DNA of 64,000 bases. Origin: Nitrospirota bacterium (lineage in GTDB: Bacteria; JACPQY01). The notes under the pieces are model-generated. The model was given only the letters and a program-made list of their open reading frames with translations, had not been told where the DNA came from and did no database searches. Made by a program: the position numbers and the translations under genes. The DNA is taken from assembly GCA_016180645.1 (NCBI GenBank), contig JACPAV010000019.1, forward strand, positions 78,560 to 142,559, in the 5' to 3' direction. This document shows positions 45,950 to 54,915 of the stretch, in pieces (the first letter of the stretch is position 1; every line of letters begins with the position of its first letter).

Positions 45950-47220
45950 GCCGCCGCATTCTCGCCGCAGCCGTCGCCCTCATGACGATCGGCTACACCG
46001 TTGAGTCCGCACTGGCCAAACCGATTCCCCGAACCTATCGGAGCGCCCGCGTCCTCTCGATGGGCGGCGCCCACACGGCCATCGCCGATGACGATGCCAC
46101 CCTCTTCATGAATCCCGCAGGGCTGGCCCAAACCCGAAGCTTTGATTTCCCATTCCTGTTGGAGCTTGAGACCAACATGGCGACCGTGGAAACCGGATTG
46201 GGCGCGGCCGATATCGCAACCGGCGGCACGGATGAGCAGTTGGAGAACGTGGCGAACCTCGTGGATGATCGTTTCGGAGACTCGATTGGAATCACCACCC
46301 GACTCTTCCCCAATATCATTGTCGGTGGTTTCGGATTCGGCCTGCTCGTCGACATTCCCATCGCGGTGCAAATTGCCAACCCTACTCTCACGGAGGCCCG
46401 CCTCGGCACCACACCCCAGGTGGGAATGGCCCTGGGATATGGCCTGAGCTTTCTTGAAGAGGAATCCCTCCGAGTGGGTCTCGTGGCCAAGGGTATGCTC
46501 CGAGCCGCTTTGCAAGCGAATGGACGGGTCAACCGTCTCATTGCGCTCACCGGCGAAGGCGAGAAAACGTGTGATTTCCTCGCGGAGGACGTACTCCCTG
46601 GAAGCCTCTGCCCCGATGCCCAGGGCGGCGTGGCGGCCAATGTCGATGTCGGAACGCTCTACAGCCTTCCCTCGTCGATGGGCGACCAGGTGGCCAAACT
46701 GAAACCGACGTTTGCCCTGGTGGCCCGGGACATTCCTGTCTGGGACCTCCCCGGCTCGAATTTTGCCGATGCCCTCAACCTCACCCTTTCTTCCGAAGAA
46801 ACACCGGTCATCCCCTGGTCCATCGGCCTCGGAGCCTCCATCTCCCCCTGGCTCGTTCCCTGGGACGAAGATTCCACCGGCAGCCGCTACATCCGCACAA
46901 AAGTCGGACTCGACATTGAAGACGTGACCCTGCACACCACGGATGACGGTGATCTCCTGAAACGAACCCACCTTGGCGCCGAATTCCAATTCGGGCCGTT
47001 TTTCAAGCAGCGAAAGAAATTTTTCCGCAGCGATACCAAAGTGAAAGAAGTTCCCTTTTTCTCCCTCGAAGCCGGCCTCAATCAGCTTCAATGGACTGCC
47101 GGCTTCAACCTGAATATCTGGAAGCTGCTTCAGATCGGCGCGGCCACCTATGGAGAGGAATTGGGTTCGACGGTAGGCGACCAAGTTGACCGCCGCTTCG
47201 TCGTCCGGATCGCGCTGTAG
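45946..47220 (+). CDS. Outer-membrane barrel of FadL/PorV/TraF-like clan
   Basis: Signal peptide; RSARVLSMGGAHTAIADDDATLFMNPAGL; HLGAEF; AGLNQ; ATYGEELG...DRRFVVRIAL. ATGA overlap with the lipoprotein gene. Confidence 0.75.
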   Translation: MSRRILAAAVALMTIGYTVESALAKPIPRTYRSARVLSMGGAHTAIADDDATLFMNPAGLAQTRSFDFPFLLELETNMATVETGLGAADIATGGTDEQLENVANLVDDRFGDSIGITTRLFPNIIVGGFGFGLLVDIPIAVQIANPTLTEARLGTTPQVGMALGYGLSFLEEESLRVGLVAKGMLRAALQANGRVNRLIALTGEGEKTCDFLAEDVLPGSLCPDAQGGVAANVDVGTLYSLPSSMGDQVAKLKPTFALVARDIPVWDLPGSNFADALNLTLSSEETPVIPWSIGLGASISPWLVPWDEDSTGSRYIRTKVGLDIEDVTLHTTDDGDLLKRTHLGAEFQFGPFFKQRKKFFRSDTKVKEVPFFSLEAGLNQLQWTAGFNLNIWKLLQIGAATYGEELGSTVGDQVDRRFVVRIAL

Positions 47221-47236
47221 CTCGTAAGTCGTAGGA

Positions 47237-47333
47237 GCCTCTAACAGAATGCCGACACGTAGGGGAGCATCTTCAGATGCTCCCTCTTGTCGGGAGGGTC
47301 TGAAGACCCTCCCCTACGCATTCTATTAGAGGC
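47237..47333. mobile_element. MITE-like element: 16-bp terminal inverted repeats enclosing a GTAG REP doublet
   Basis: GCCTCTAACAGAATGC / GCATTCTATTAGAGGC around GTAGGGGAGCATCTTCAGATGCTCCC...GGGAGGGTCTGAAGACCCTCCCCTAC. Confidence 0.65.
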
Positions 47334-47362
47334 GCTGATGGCTGACCGCTGAAAGCTGACCG

Positions 47363-48112
47363 CTACATCCTGTTAATCACCGCCGCCAGGTATCCGGCGC
47401 CGAATCCGTTATCGATGTTCACCACCCCGATTCCAGGGGCGCAGGAAGTCATCATCGCCAGAAGGGCCGTCAATCCGCTGAAACTGGCGCCGTAGCCCAC
47501 GCTCGTCGGCACCGCGATCACCGGGGCAGAAACCAGCCCCCCAACAACGCTGGGCAAAGCCCCCTCCATTCCCGCCACCACAATCACGACCCGCGCCTTC
47601 ATAATCGCCGGCGCCCGCCGAAGCAGCCGGTGCACCCCCGCCACGCCGACGTCGAAATGCCGCTCCACGTCGTTTCCCATGAAATGAGCCGTCACCGCAG
47701 CCTCCTCGGCCACCGGAAGATCCGAAGTGCCCGCCGCTACCACGGCAACGACGCCTCTCCCCATTCTCCTCCAGTGGTTCAATCGCAACGTCAGGACCCG
47801 CGCAACCTTGTCGTACGATACGCCGGCCACCCGGCGTCGAACGGCGACCGCCTTCTTCGGATCCACCCGGGTCACCAGTGCGTCGTGCCGATGCTCCTGG
47901 TACGCTCGCAGCAGGCGGACGATCTGCTCCGCCGTCTTCCCCGCCCCCCAAATGACCTCCGGGAATCCTTTCCGGATCGCCCGGTGCGTGTCGATCTGCG
48001 CAAACCCAAGATCCCGGATCGGCATCGCCCCAAACTCATGGACAGCCTTCTCCACCGACATCTTCCCGCCACGAACACGCCGCAGGAGGGCCTCGAGCTT
48101 TTCCCTGTCCAT
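47363..48112 (-). CDS. larB: Nickel-pincer cofactor biosynthesis protein LarB
   Basis: IDTHRAIRKGFPEVI, AGTSDLPVAEEA, DVGVAGVHRL, AGMEGALPSVVGG, PTSVGYG, VVNIDNGFGAG. Confidence 0.93.
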   Translation of the reverse strand: MDREKLEALLRRVRGGKMSVEKAVHEFGAMPIRDLGFAQIDTHRAIRKGFPEVIWGAGKTAEQIVRLLRAYQEHRHDALVTRVDPKKAVAVRRRVAGVSYDKVARVLTLRLNHWRRMGRGVVAVVAAGTSDLPVAEEAAVTAHFMGNDVERHFDVGVAGVHRLLRRAPAIMKARVVIVVAGMEGALPSVVGGLVSAPVIAVPTSVGYGASFSGLTALLAMMTSCAPGIGVVNIDNGFGAGYLAAVINRM

Positions 48113-48153
48113 TATTGACTCCAGCATTGATAATGCTGTACCAGTTGAAACCT

Positions 48154-48271
48154 CCGCTCATGGTTCGACAAGCCCTTCGGCAAGCTCAGGACCTCATCAG
48201 GCCCTGAGTCAATCGAAGGGCTCACCACGAGCGGAAAGCAATCCGCTCGTCCTGAGCCTGTCGAAGGACGA
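48154..48271. repeat. CCTGAGC(T/C)TGTCGAAGG-family palindromic element with a nested copy (48173-48220)
   Basis: TGGTTCGACAAG[CCCTTCGGCAAGCTCAGG...CCTGAGTCAATCGAAGGG]CTCACCACGAGCGG...CCGCTCGTCCTGAGCCTGTCGAAGGACG. Confidence 0.75.
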
Positions 48272-48301
48272 AGTTGCATGGGCAATGCGGGCATCAATAG
48301 T

Positions 48302-49444
48302 TCATCCGCCGATCTTGAGACTTTCCTGTTGACCCGATGACTCCATCGTCCCATGACCAGATTCCGCCATCACGGCCAACTGCCCGCAGGCCGCCAGGAT
48401 ATCCCGGCCCCGGCTCTTCCTCACCAGCGCGCGCACACCTCCCTGAGTTACGCCGTAGGAAAAACGCGCCAACTCGTCGTCCGTCGGCCTCTCGAAAGGA
48501 AGATCCGGCGACGAATTGAACGGGATGATATTGACCCTTGCCCGAACCTGCCCGGCGATCTCCCCCAGGGCCCTCGCATCCTGATCGCTGTCGTTGATTC
48601 CCCGCAGCAGAACGTATTCGAACGTCAGCCTGGCGCGCGACTGCTCCCGGAATCTCCTCGCGGCCGTGAGGAGTTCGGCCAGCGGATATTTCTTGTCCAC
48701 CGGCATGAGCCGACTCCTCAGATCATCCCTTACGGCATTGATGGATAGCGCCACGTTCACCTTCACATCCGACAGCCACTCCAGCGCGGGAACCACTCCA
48801 ACGGTTGAAACGGTGATCCTCCGGGGCGAAAGGCCGACTCCCTCCTTATGAACAAGATTCAGAATGGCGCGCCGCACCGCATCCCAATTGTCCGTGGGCT
48901 CTCCCATCCCCATGAACACCAGGTTGAGTCCCTCGAACCCCGTCTTCGCCGCCGCCTTGTCCTCAACCGCAGTGAAAACCTGCGCCACAATTTCTCCGGC
49001 CGTCAGGCTTCGTTTGAGCCCCATCAGCCCCGTGCGGCAGAACACACAGCCAAACGCGCATCCCACCTGGCTTGAAAGGCACAACGTCCGGCGCGGTTCT
49101 CGATCAGGACTCCTCTCGCCGCCTGCGGGGAGAAGCGAAGCGGGGCTCCGATCCTCCTCGGGAATGCAGACCGACTCGATGGCCTCCCCATCGGTCAACT
49201 CCAAAAGCCACTTCACCGTCCCATCGGATGCCACGCGCTTCTCCCGCACTTTGAGCCGCTGGATCCGGTACGCGGCGTCCAAACTCTCGCGAAACGAGGC
49301 AGGGAGGTTGCTCATCTCTTCGAATCGCCGGGCCCCACGCGCATAGATCCATTGCCAGACCTGCCGCGCACGGTACGCGGGCTGCCCCAGGGAGGCCAGC
49401 GCGGCCGTCAGTTCCTCCATACCGAGATCCAGGATGTTGTGCAT
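48302..49444 (-). CDS. rlmN: 23S rRNA m2A2503 / tRNA m2A37 radical SAM methyltransferase
   Basis: CLSSQVGCAFGCVFC, FMGMGEP, RRITVST, EYVLL, RGRDILAACGQL. Confidence 0.95.
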   Translation of the reverse strand: MHNILDLGMEELTAALASLGQPAYRARQVWQWIYARGARRFEEMSNLPASFRESLDAAYRIQRLKVREKRVASDGTVKWLLELTDGEAIESVCIPEEDRSPASLLPAGGERSPDREPRRTLCLSSQVGCAFGCVFCRTGLMGLKRSLTAGEIVAQVFTAVEDKAAAKTGFEGLNLVFMGMGEPTDNWDAVRRAILNLVHKEGVGLSPRRITVSTVGVVPALEWLSDVKVNVALSINAVRDDLRSRLMPVDKKYPLAELLTAARRFREQSRARLTFEYVLLRGINDSDQDARALGEIAGQVRARVNIIPFNSSPDLPFERPTDDELARFSYGVTQGGVRALVRKSRGRDILAACGQLAVMAESGHGTMESSGQQESLKIGG

Positions 49445-49531
49445 GGGGAGGGGATTATAATCCGTCCTCCTCTCCAAAGGAACATACGCGGACTTGACCC
49501 CACATCGATCCTCCGCTACATAGAGGGGCAA

Positions 49532-50062
49532 ATGAACCCGAGCTCATGCCGCGCCGCCATCCTGGTCGAGGATCTCTACCAGGACCAGGAAGTCTGGTAT
49601 CCGCTCTTCCGGCTCAGAGAGGCCGGCGCCAAAGTCAGCGTCCTCGGAACCGGCTCGAAGACCACCTACGCCAGCAAGCACGGCTACCCCATTCAGGTGG
49701 ACGGCAAAGTGGATGACGCCAAGGCCGGCGATTTTCAATGCGTCATTATTCCCGGCGGGTACGCACCCGACATCCTCCGCCGCTACGAAGGGGTCCTCCG
49801 ATTTGTTCGAGACGCGGATCAACGGGAAGCCGCCATCGGTTCCATCTGTCATGGACCCTGGGTCCTCTGCTCCGCGAACGTCCTCAAGGGACGCCGCGCG
49901 ACGTGCTTCCACGCCATCAAGGACGACGTGGTGAACGCCGGCGCCACGTACTCCGATGAAGAAGTCGTTGTGGACCGCAATCTGGTCACGTCCCGAAAGC
50001 CCGAAGATCTTCCGGCCTTCATGAGAGAGATCCTCAAGCTCCTGGAAACGAGGAAATCATGA
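49532..50062 (+). CDS. PfpI/DJ-1 family protein
   Basis: YQDQEVWYP, IIPGGYAPDILR, SICHGPW, VVDRNLVTSRKPEDLPAF. Confidence 0.92.
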   Translation: MNPSSCRAAILVEDLYQDQEVWYPLFRLREAGAKVSVLGTGSKTTYASKHGYPIQVDGKVDDAKAGDFQCVIIPGGYAPDILRRYEGVLRFVRDADQREAAIGSICHGPWVLCSANVLKGRRATCFHAIKDDVVNAGATYSDEEVVVDRNLVTSRKPEDLPAFMREILKLLETRKS

Positions 50063-50952
50063 GCGCGCCATCCCTTTCGCTGTCCGCCGTCCCCACGCCG
50101 CCCTCCTCTCATCGCCTGTCTCCACAGGATCTGGCCCTGCTGAAGAAAACCGCATACGAGCTCCGGAAGGATGTCGTCACCATGGTCTATCGCGCGAAGT
50201 CCGGCCATCCCGGCGGAGCGCTGGGGCATCTGGACGTGCTCTGGGTCCTCTTCGCCAAGTTTATGCGTCACGATCCGCGCAATCCCAAGTGGCCCGACCG
50301 TGACCGGTTTGTCCTCTCGAACGGCCACACCTGTCCCGGCATCTACTCGGTTCTCGCGCACTTCGGATACTTCCCACGCGAGGACCTCTGGACCTTTCGC
50401 AAAATGGGCAGTCATGTCCAGGGCCACATCTCCAGCAAGCACACGCCCGGCGTGGAGACCGACGGCGGATCCCTCGGCATGGGTCTCTCGCAGGGAAAGG
50501 GAATCGCCATGGCCACAAGGCTCGATGGACGGCCCTCCCGCGTCTACGTCCTCATGAGCGACGGGGAACAACAGGAGGGCCAGACGTGGGAAGCGGCCAT
50601 GGGCGCCGCCCACTACAAAGTGGACAACCTGTGCGGGATCGTCGACTACAATCGCATTCAGATCGACGGCCCTCTTCCTCAGATCAAGGACGTCGCGCCC
50701 CTCGCCGCCAAGTACAAAGCCTTCGGATGGGAAGTGTTCGACATTGATGGGCACGACTACGAACAAATCTATGATGCCCTCTCCCGCTGCGGGGAGGTGC
50801 GCGGTCGCCCCTCCGTGATCATCTCCAACAACATCCCCGGTAAAGGAGTCTCCTACATGGAGAACACCTACAAGTGGCACCACGGCAGCCCCACGCCGGA
50901 GCAGTACGAACAGGCCATGAAGGAGCTCGATGCAGTTATCCATTCCCTCTAA
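50059..50952 (+). CDS. Transketolase, N-terminal subunit
   Basis: SGHPGG, DRDRFVLSNGH, GSLGMGLS, SDGEQQEGQTWEA...N, WHHG. Confidence 0.92.
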   Translation: MSAPSLSLSAVPTPPSSHRLSPQDLALLKKTAYELRKDVVTMVYRAKSGHPGGALGHLDVLWVLFAKFMRHDPRNPKWPDRDRFVLSNGHTCPGIYSVLAHFGYFPREDLWTFRKMGSHVQGHISSKHTPGVETDGGSLGMGLSQGKGIAMATRLDGRPSRVYVLMSDGEQQEGQTWEAAMGAAHYKVDNLCGIVDYNRIQIDGPLPQIKDVAPLAAKYKAFGWEVFDIDGHDYEQIYDALSRCGEVRGRPSVIISNNIPGKGVSYMENTYKWHHGSPTPEQYEQAMKELDAVIHSL

Positions 50953-51892
50953 GGAACAGGCCTTCACACGCGATGCCTACGGCGACGCCCTCGCCGAAGT
51001 CGGCGCCCTTTACAAAGACGTCGTCGCTCTGGATGCGGATCTCTCCTCCTCCACCAAAACCGCCATCTTTGGAAAGAAGTTTCCCGAGCGGTTCTTCAAC
51101 ATGGGCGTCTCCGAAGCCGATCTCATGTCCACGGCGGCCGGCATGGCCCGATCCGGGAAGATCCCTTTCGCCAGCACGTTCGCCATCTTCGGCGCCGGCA
51201 AGGCGTGGGAAATGATCCGCCAGTCCATCGCCTATTCCTCGCTGCCCGTACGGATCGTCCTGACCCACGCCGGGGTGACCGTCGGAGAAGACGGCGCCTC
51301 CCATCAAATGTTGGAGGATCTCGCCTTGATGCGCGCCCTCCCGAACATGACCGTGATCGTTCCAGCCGATGCCGTGGAAACCCGGAAGGTCATCCACGCC
51401 GTGGTCGATCTCCCCGGCCCGGCGTACGTCCGCCTCTCCCGCAACAAATCGCCCGTGTTCCTTCCCGCCGACTACGATTTCCACATCGGCAAAGCCACGG
51501 TCCTCCGGGAGGGCCGCGACGTCAGCCTCATCGCCTGCGGACAGCTCGTGTACCCCGCTCTGGAAGCCGCGGAAATCCTCCACTCGCAGGGTATCCAAGC
51601 ACGTGTGGTCAATATGTCCACCCTCAAGCCCATCGATGCGGACACGATCGCAACCTGCGCCCGGGAAACGCGCGGAATCGTCACCTTGGAGGAGCACAAC
51701 GTCATCGGCGGGCTCGCCGAAGCGGTATCGCGCGTGCTTGCCGCACGACAACCGGCCCGACTCCATCCCATTGCCGTGCAGGACCGATTCGGCCTCTCCG
51801 GCACGGCCGAGGAGCTTCTGGCCTTCTTCGGCTTCACGAAGGAAAAGATCGCCGAACAGACCCGCGCGTTCGTCGCCTCTTTGGGCGCCTGA
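50930..51892 (+). CDS. Transketolase, C-terminal subunit
   Basis: LDADLSSST, FFNMGVSEA, GEDGASHQ, YVRLSR, EEHNVIGGL. Confidence 0.92.
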   Translation: MQLSIPSKEQAFTRDAYGDALAEVGALYKDVVALDADLSSSTKTAIFGKKFPERFFNMGVSEADLMSTAAGMARSGKIPFASTFAIFGAGKAWEMIRQSIAYSSLPVRIVLTHAGVTVGEDGASHQMLEDLALMRALPNMTVIVPADAVETRKVIHAVVDLPGPAYVRLSRNKSPVFLPADYDFHIGKATVLREGRDVSLIACGQLVYPALEAAEILHSQGIQARVVNMSTLKPIDADTIATCARETRGIVTLEEHNVIGGLAEAVSRVLAARQPARLHPIAVQDRFGLSGTAEELLAFFGFTKEKIAEQTRAFVASLGA

Positions 51893-51905
51893 AGCGCGTT
51901 TGCGT

Positions 51906-51961
51906 GTCATGCTGAATTCGTTTCAGCATCCGGAAACATCCTGAAACAAATTCGGGACGAC
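51906..51961. repeat. GTCATGCTGAA-type palindromic doublet
   Basis: GTCATGCTGAATTCGTTTCAGCATC ... ATCCTGAAACAAATTCGGGACGAC. Confidence 0.7.
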
Positions 51962-51968
51962 ACCCAAC

Positions 51969-52628
51969 ATGGTCCAACTCCACCACGTCTTCGCAGGATA
52001 CGGAAAAGATTCTCCCGCCCTGCACGATCTCACCTTCAAGCTCGAAAAAGGGGAGTTTGTCTTTCTGACCGGACCGAGCGGCGCCGGGAAGACCACTCTC
52101 CTCCGGATCCTGTACGGCGATGTCCGACCCGCCGCGGGACAAGTCCTCGTGGGCGGCCGAAACCTGGGCCGGATTCCGCCTCGTGAAATTCCCTACCTCC
52201 GCCGCACGATCGGTGTGGTTTTCCAGGATTTCCAGTTGCTCCCGCATCGAACGGTCTTCGACAACGTGGCCCTCCCTCTCGAGATCCGAAGCTTCCCCCA
52301 AAGGGAAATCCATAGGCGCGTCACCGGAATCCTGAAGGTCGTGGGGCTCGCCCACCGTATGGAAGCTCCCGCGGAAAAACTCTCCGGAGGGGAACAGCAA
52401 CGCACCGCCATCGCCCGAGCCATCGTCGGGGAGCCTTCACTTGTCCTCGCCGACGAGCCGACCGGCAATCTGGATGACGCGCTGGCCGCAGAAATCATGG
52501 AGCTCTTCGAGCGAATCAACTTCAAGGGCTCCAGCGTCATCGTGGCCACACACAACCGCTGGCTTCTTCAGGAATATCCCCGCCGGACGCTGACCCTGGA
52601 CAAGGGCCGCCTCGAGGCCGAGAGCTGA
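51969..52628 (+). CDS. ftsE: Cell division ATP-binding protein
   Basis: FVFLTGPSGAGKTT, IPYLRRTIGVVFQDF, LSGGEQQR, ADEPTGNLD; precedes ftsX. Confidence 0.93.
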   Translation: MVQLHHVFAGYGKDSPALHDLTFKLEKGEFVFLTGPSGAGKTTLLRILYGDVRPAAGQVLVGGRNLGRIPPREIPYLRRTIGVVFQDFQLLPHRTVFDNVALPLEIRSFPQREIHRRVTGILKVVGLAHRMEAPAEKLSGGEQQRTAIARAIVGEPSLVLADEPTGNLDDALAAEIMELFERINFKGSSVIVATHNRWLLQEYPRRTLTLDKGRLEAES

Positions 52629-52633
52629 AGATC

Positions 52634-53527
52634 ATGGAGCGACTCCTATACTTCCTCGGGCGGACGTGGAGGCAACTCCGCTCGGCTACGGCCCTCAACC
52701 TTCTCAGCCTCCTGACCTTCGCGATCAGCATGACGATCCTCTCCGTCTACGCCCTGCTCTTCACCAACTTGTCCGAACTCACCCAGGTGTGGAACCGCCG
52801 GATCCAGATCCACGCTTACCTCAAGGACGGCCTCAAACCCGACGACGCTGAAGCCATACGCCACACCCTCCTCACCCTCCCGGGCGTGCGGGAGGCCGCC
52901 TACATCTCCAAGGATGAGGCCATCCGGGAGGTCCGGTCAAACCTCGGCGATTCGGCCAGCTTCCTCGAAGGGATCGAATCGAATCCATTTCCGGCCTCCT
53001 TTCAAGTCTCCCTCGAGCCCCGCTACCGGCATCCCGATCGCATTCGAGAGATCGTCGACCGCATCCGGCGCATGGAGGGAATCGAGGACGTCGAGTACGG
53101 TGAGTCCTGGGTCCGCAAGTTTTCCTCGATCCTCTCCATTCTGCGCGTGGGGGGTTATCTCCTCGGAGCGGCCCTCTTCATTGCCGTCGTCTTCATCGTC
53201 TCCAATACCATTCGCTTGTCCTTCCTTTCAAGAATGGACGAGATATCGGTCATGAAGCTCGTCGGCGCCACACCGACCTTCATCAAGATCCCTTTCTACC
53301 TCGAAGGGACCCTCCTCGGACTTGTCGGCGGTCTTTTGGGCCTGCTTTTCGCCTACGCCTTCTACGTGGCGACCAGTAATCGCATCGATGTCTCCCTCTT
53401 TCTTCTCCTGGGCGGTGAAACCTTCAGCTTCTTCACTCCCACAGGGCTGTCGGGCATACTCCTTCTGTCTTCCGGGCTGGGACTTCTCGGCAGCGCGCTC
53501 TCCCTCGCCCGCGCCCTGAAGTACTAG
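52634..53527 (+). CDS. ftsX: Cell division permease
   Basis: Four TM helices; ISKDEA, NPFPASF, VSNTIRL, EISVMKLVGAT, PFYLEG. Confidence 0.92.
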   Translation: MERLLYFLGRTWRQLRSATALNLLSLLTFAISMTILSVYALLFTNLSELTQVWNRRIQIHAYLKDGLKPDDAEAIRHTLLTLPGVREAAYISKDEAIREVRSNLGDSASFLEGIESNPFPASFQVSLEPRYRHPDRIREIVDRIRRMEGIEDVEYGESWVRKFSSILSILRVGGYLLGAALFIAVVFIVSNTIRLSFLSRMDEISVMKLVGATPTFIKIPFYLEGTLLGLVGGLLGLLFAYAFYVATSNRIDVSLFLLLGGETFSFFTPTGLSGILLLSSGLGLLGSALSLARALKY

Positions 53528-53564
53528 GAACATGTAACGAAATGGATATTCAGCCCAAGTCGTT

Positions 53565-53697
53565 CGCAGGCTTAAGCCTGCGCCTACCTCGGATCCACCT
53601 CTTGGGTAGCCGCGGGCCATGTTCAACGCCGCGCCATCCGTGGCGCGGCGACATATCATGGTCCCATACCCTCCGTGGCATGGGGCTTCAGCCCGCG
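53565..53697. repeat. GTAG-type REP doublet with nested module (53618-53686)
   Basis: Close copy of 5255-5391. Confidence 0.85.
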
Positions 53698-54855
53698 TCC
53701 TCCAGGAATCTCTTGCAGACGTCATTCAACGCGGGACTATTCATGGCTCTCCTCGCCGTCTCAACGCCTCTCCAAGCCGAGCCGCCATCACGCACTCTTT
53801 CGGAACTGCAACGGGTCCAGAACGAAATGAAGGAGGTCCAGGACGTCCTCGGCCGAATCAATAGGGACGAAACGCGCATCCTCAAGGAACTGGAGGATAT
53901 CGATCGGCGCGTCCAGACGACCCGCCGCGACCTTACACGCCTTCAGGGCGAATTGCGGCGCCGCACCCGCGAGGTGGCCGGGCTGAAGAAGGACCGGGAG
54001 AACCTTCGCAAAGGGCTCAGGCGAAAGGAAGTCGAGCTCACCCTCCGATTGCGGGCGTTCTACAAGTTTGGTAGGATGAGTTGGATCAAGATGATCCTCA
54101 ATCCTTCCGATCTGGAGGTGATTCCTCGCCAAGTCAAATATATGGTTTCGCTCGCCGAGTACGACTCCAGCCGAATCCGGGGCTATCAGAAGGATCTGAC
54201 CGTTCTCCGACGCAAGGAAGCCCGTCTGGAAGAGGCCAAGCAGGTGGTTGTCGTCCGCCTGGGCGAGCTTCAGCAGGAACAGAAGAAGCTCGACGCCGAT
54301 CGGCGGAAGAAGGTTGCCATTCGCTCCGAACTCTCCGCCCAGAAGGAACTGAACCAGAAGCTGCTCAGTGAGTTGGAAAAGGCCGCACAAGAACTGCAAC
54401 ACATGTTCGATGTGTTCGACGCGCAGCCTCGTCGCGACACCGGATGCGACCTGGCCCAGGCCAAGGGCCGGCTCACCTGGCCCGTTCACGGCAGCATCGT
54501 CACCGGCTTCGGACCTCGATTCGATTCGTCCGCCGGTGTAACCCTTCATTCCAACGGCATCGAGATCGCCGCCGCCGCGGGCACCCAGGTTCGCGCCGTC
54601 TGCGACGGCCAGGTGATTTTCGCCGACTGGTTCCGCGGCTACGGACAACTCGTCATTCTTTCCCACGGAGACCACTACTACTCCGTCTATGGGCATGCCT
54701 CGGAACTCCTCAAGCAGAAAGGCGACCTGGTCGTGCAGGGCGAACCTCTGGCCATCACCGGAGAGAGCGGTAGCGCGTCCACGACGGGCGTCTACTTCGA
54801 AGTCCGCCACCGGAATTCCGCCATGGATCCGCTCGATTGGCTCACGGCGCCATGA
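53680..54855 (+). CDS. envC: Murein hydrolase activator EnvC (coiled coil + degenerate M23); start uncertain (53542/53680/53743)
   Basis: Long coiled coil, KGRLTWPVHG, NGIEI, WFRGYG, VYFEVR; follows ftsEX. Confidence 0.88.
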   Translation: MGLQPASSRNLLQTSFNAGLFMALLAVSTPLQAEPPSRTLSELQRVQNEMKEVQDVLGRINRDETRILKELEDIDRRVQTTRRDLTRLQGELRRRTREVAGLKKDRENLRKGLRRKEVELTLRLRAFYKFGRMSWIKMILNPSDLEVIPRQVKYMVSLAEYDSSRIRGYQKDLTVLRRKEARLEEAKQVVVVRLGELQQEQKKLDADRRKKVAIRSELSAQKELNQKLLSELEKAAQELQHMFDVFDAQPRRDTGCDLAQAKGRLTWPVHGSIVTGFGPRFDSSAGVTLHSNGIEIAAAAGTQVRAVCDGQVIFADWFRGYGQLVILSHGDHYYSVYGHASELLKQKGDLVVQGEPLAITGESGSASTTGVYFEVRHRNSAMDPLDWLTAP

Positions 54856-54915
54856 CCCCGCAACTCCGATGAAATCTCAAATCTCCAATCTGAAATCCCC
54901 GCTGCGGGGTGCACC

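Noticed and set aside
45946-47220. Conjugative element suggested by TraF-like similarity
   Set aside because: No relaxase, coupling protein or T4SS genes in the window.
50059-51892. Transketolase broken by a frameshift
   Set aside because: Both parts match the common two-subunit form, each with normal ends.
53680-54855. Active M23 endopeptidase
   Set aside because: Zn ligands are replaced (SNGIE, VYF), as is normal for EnvC.
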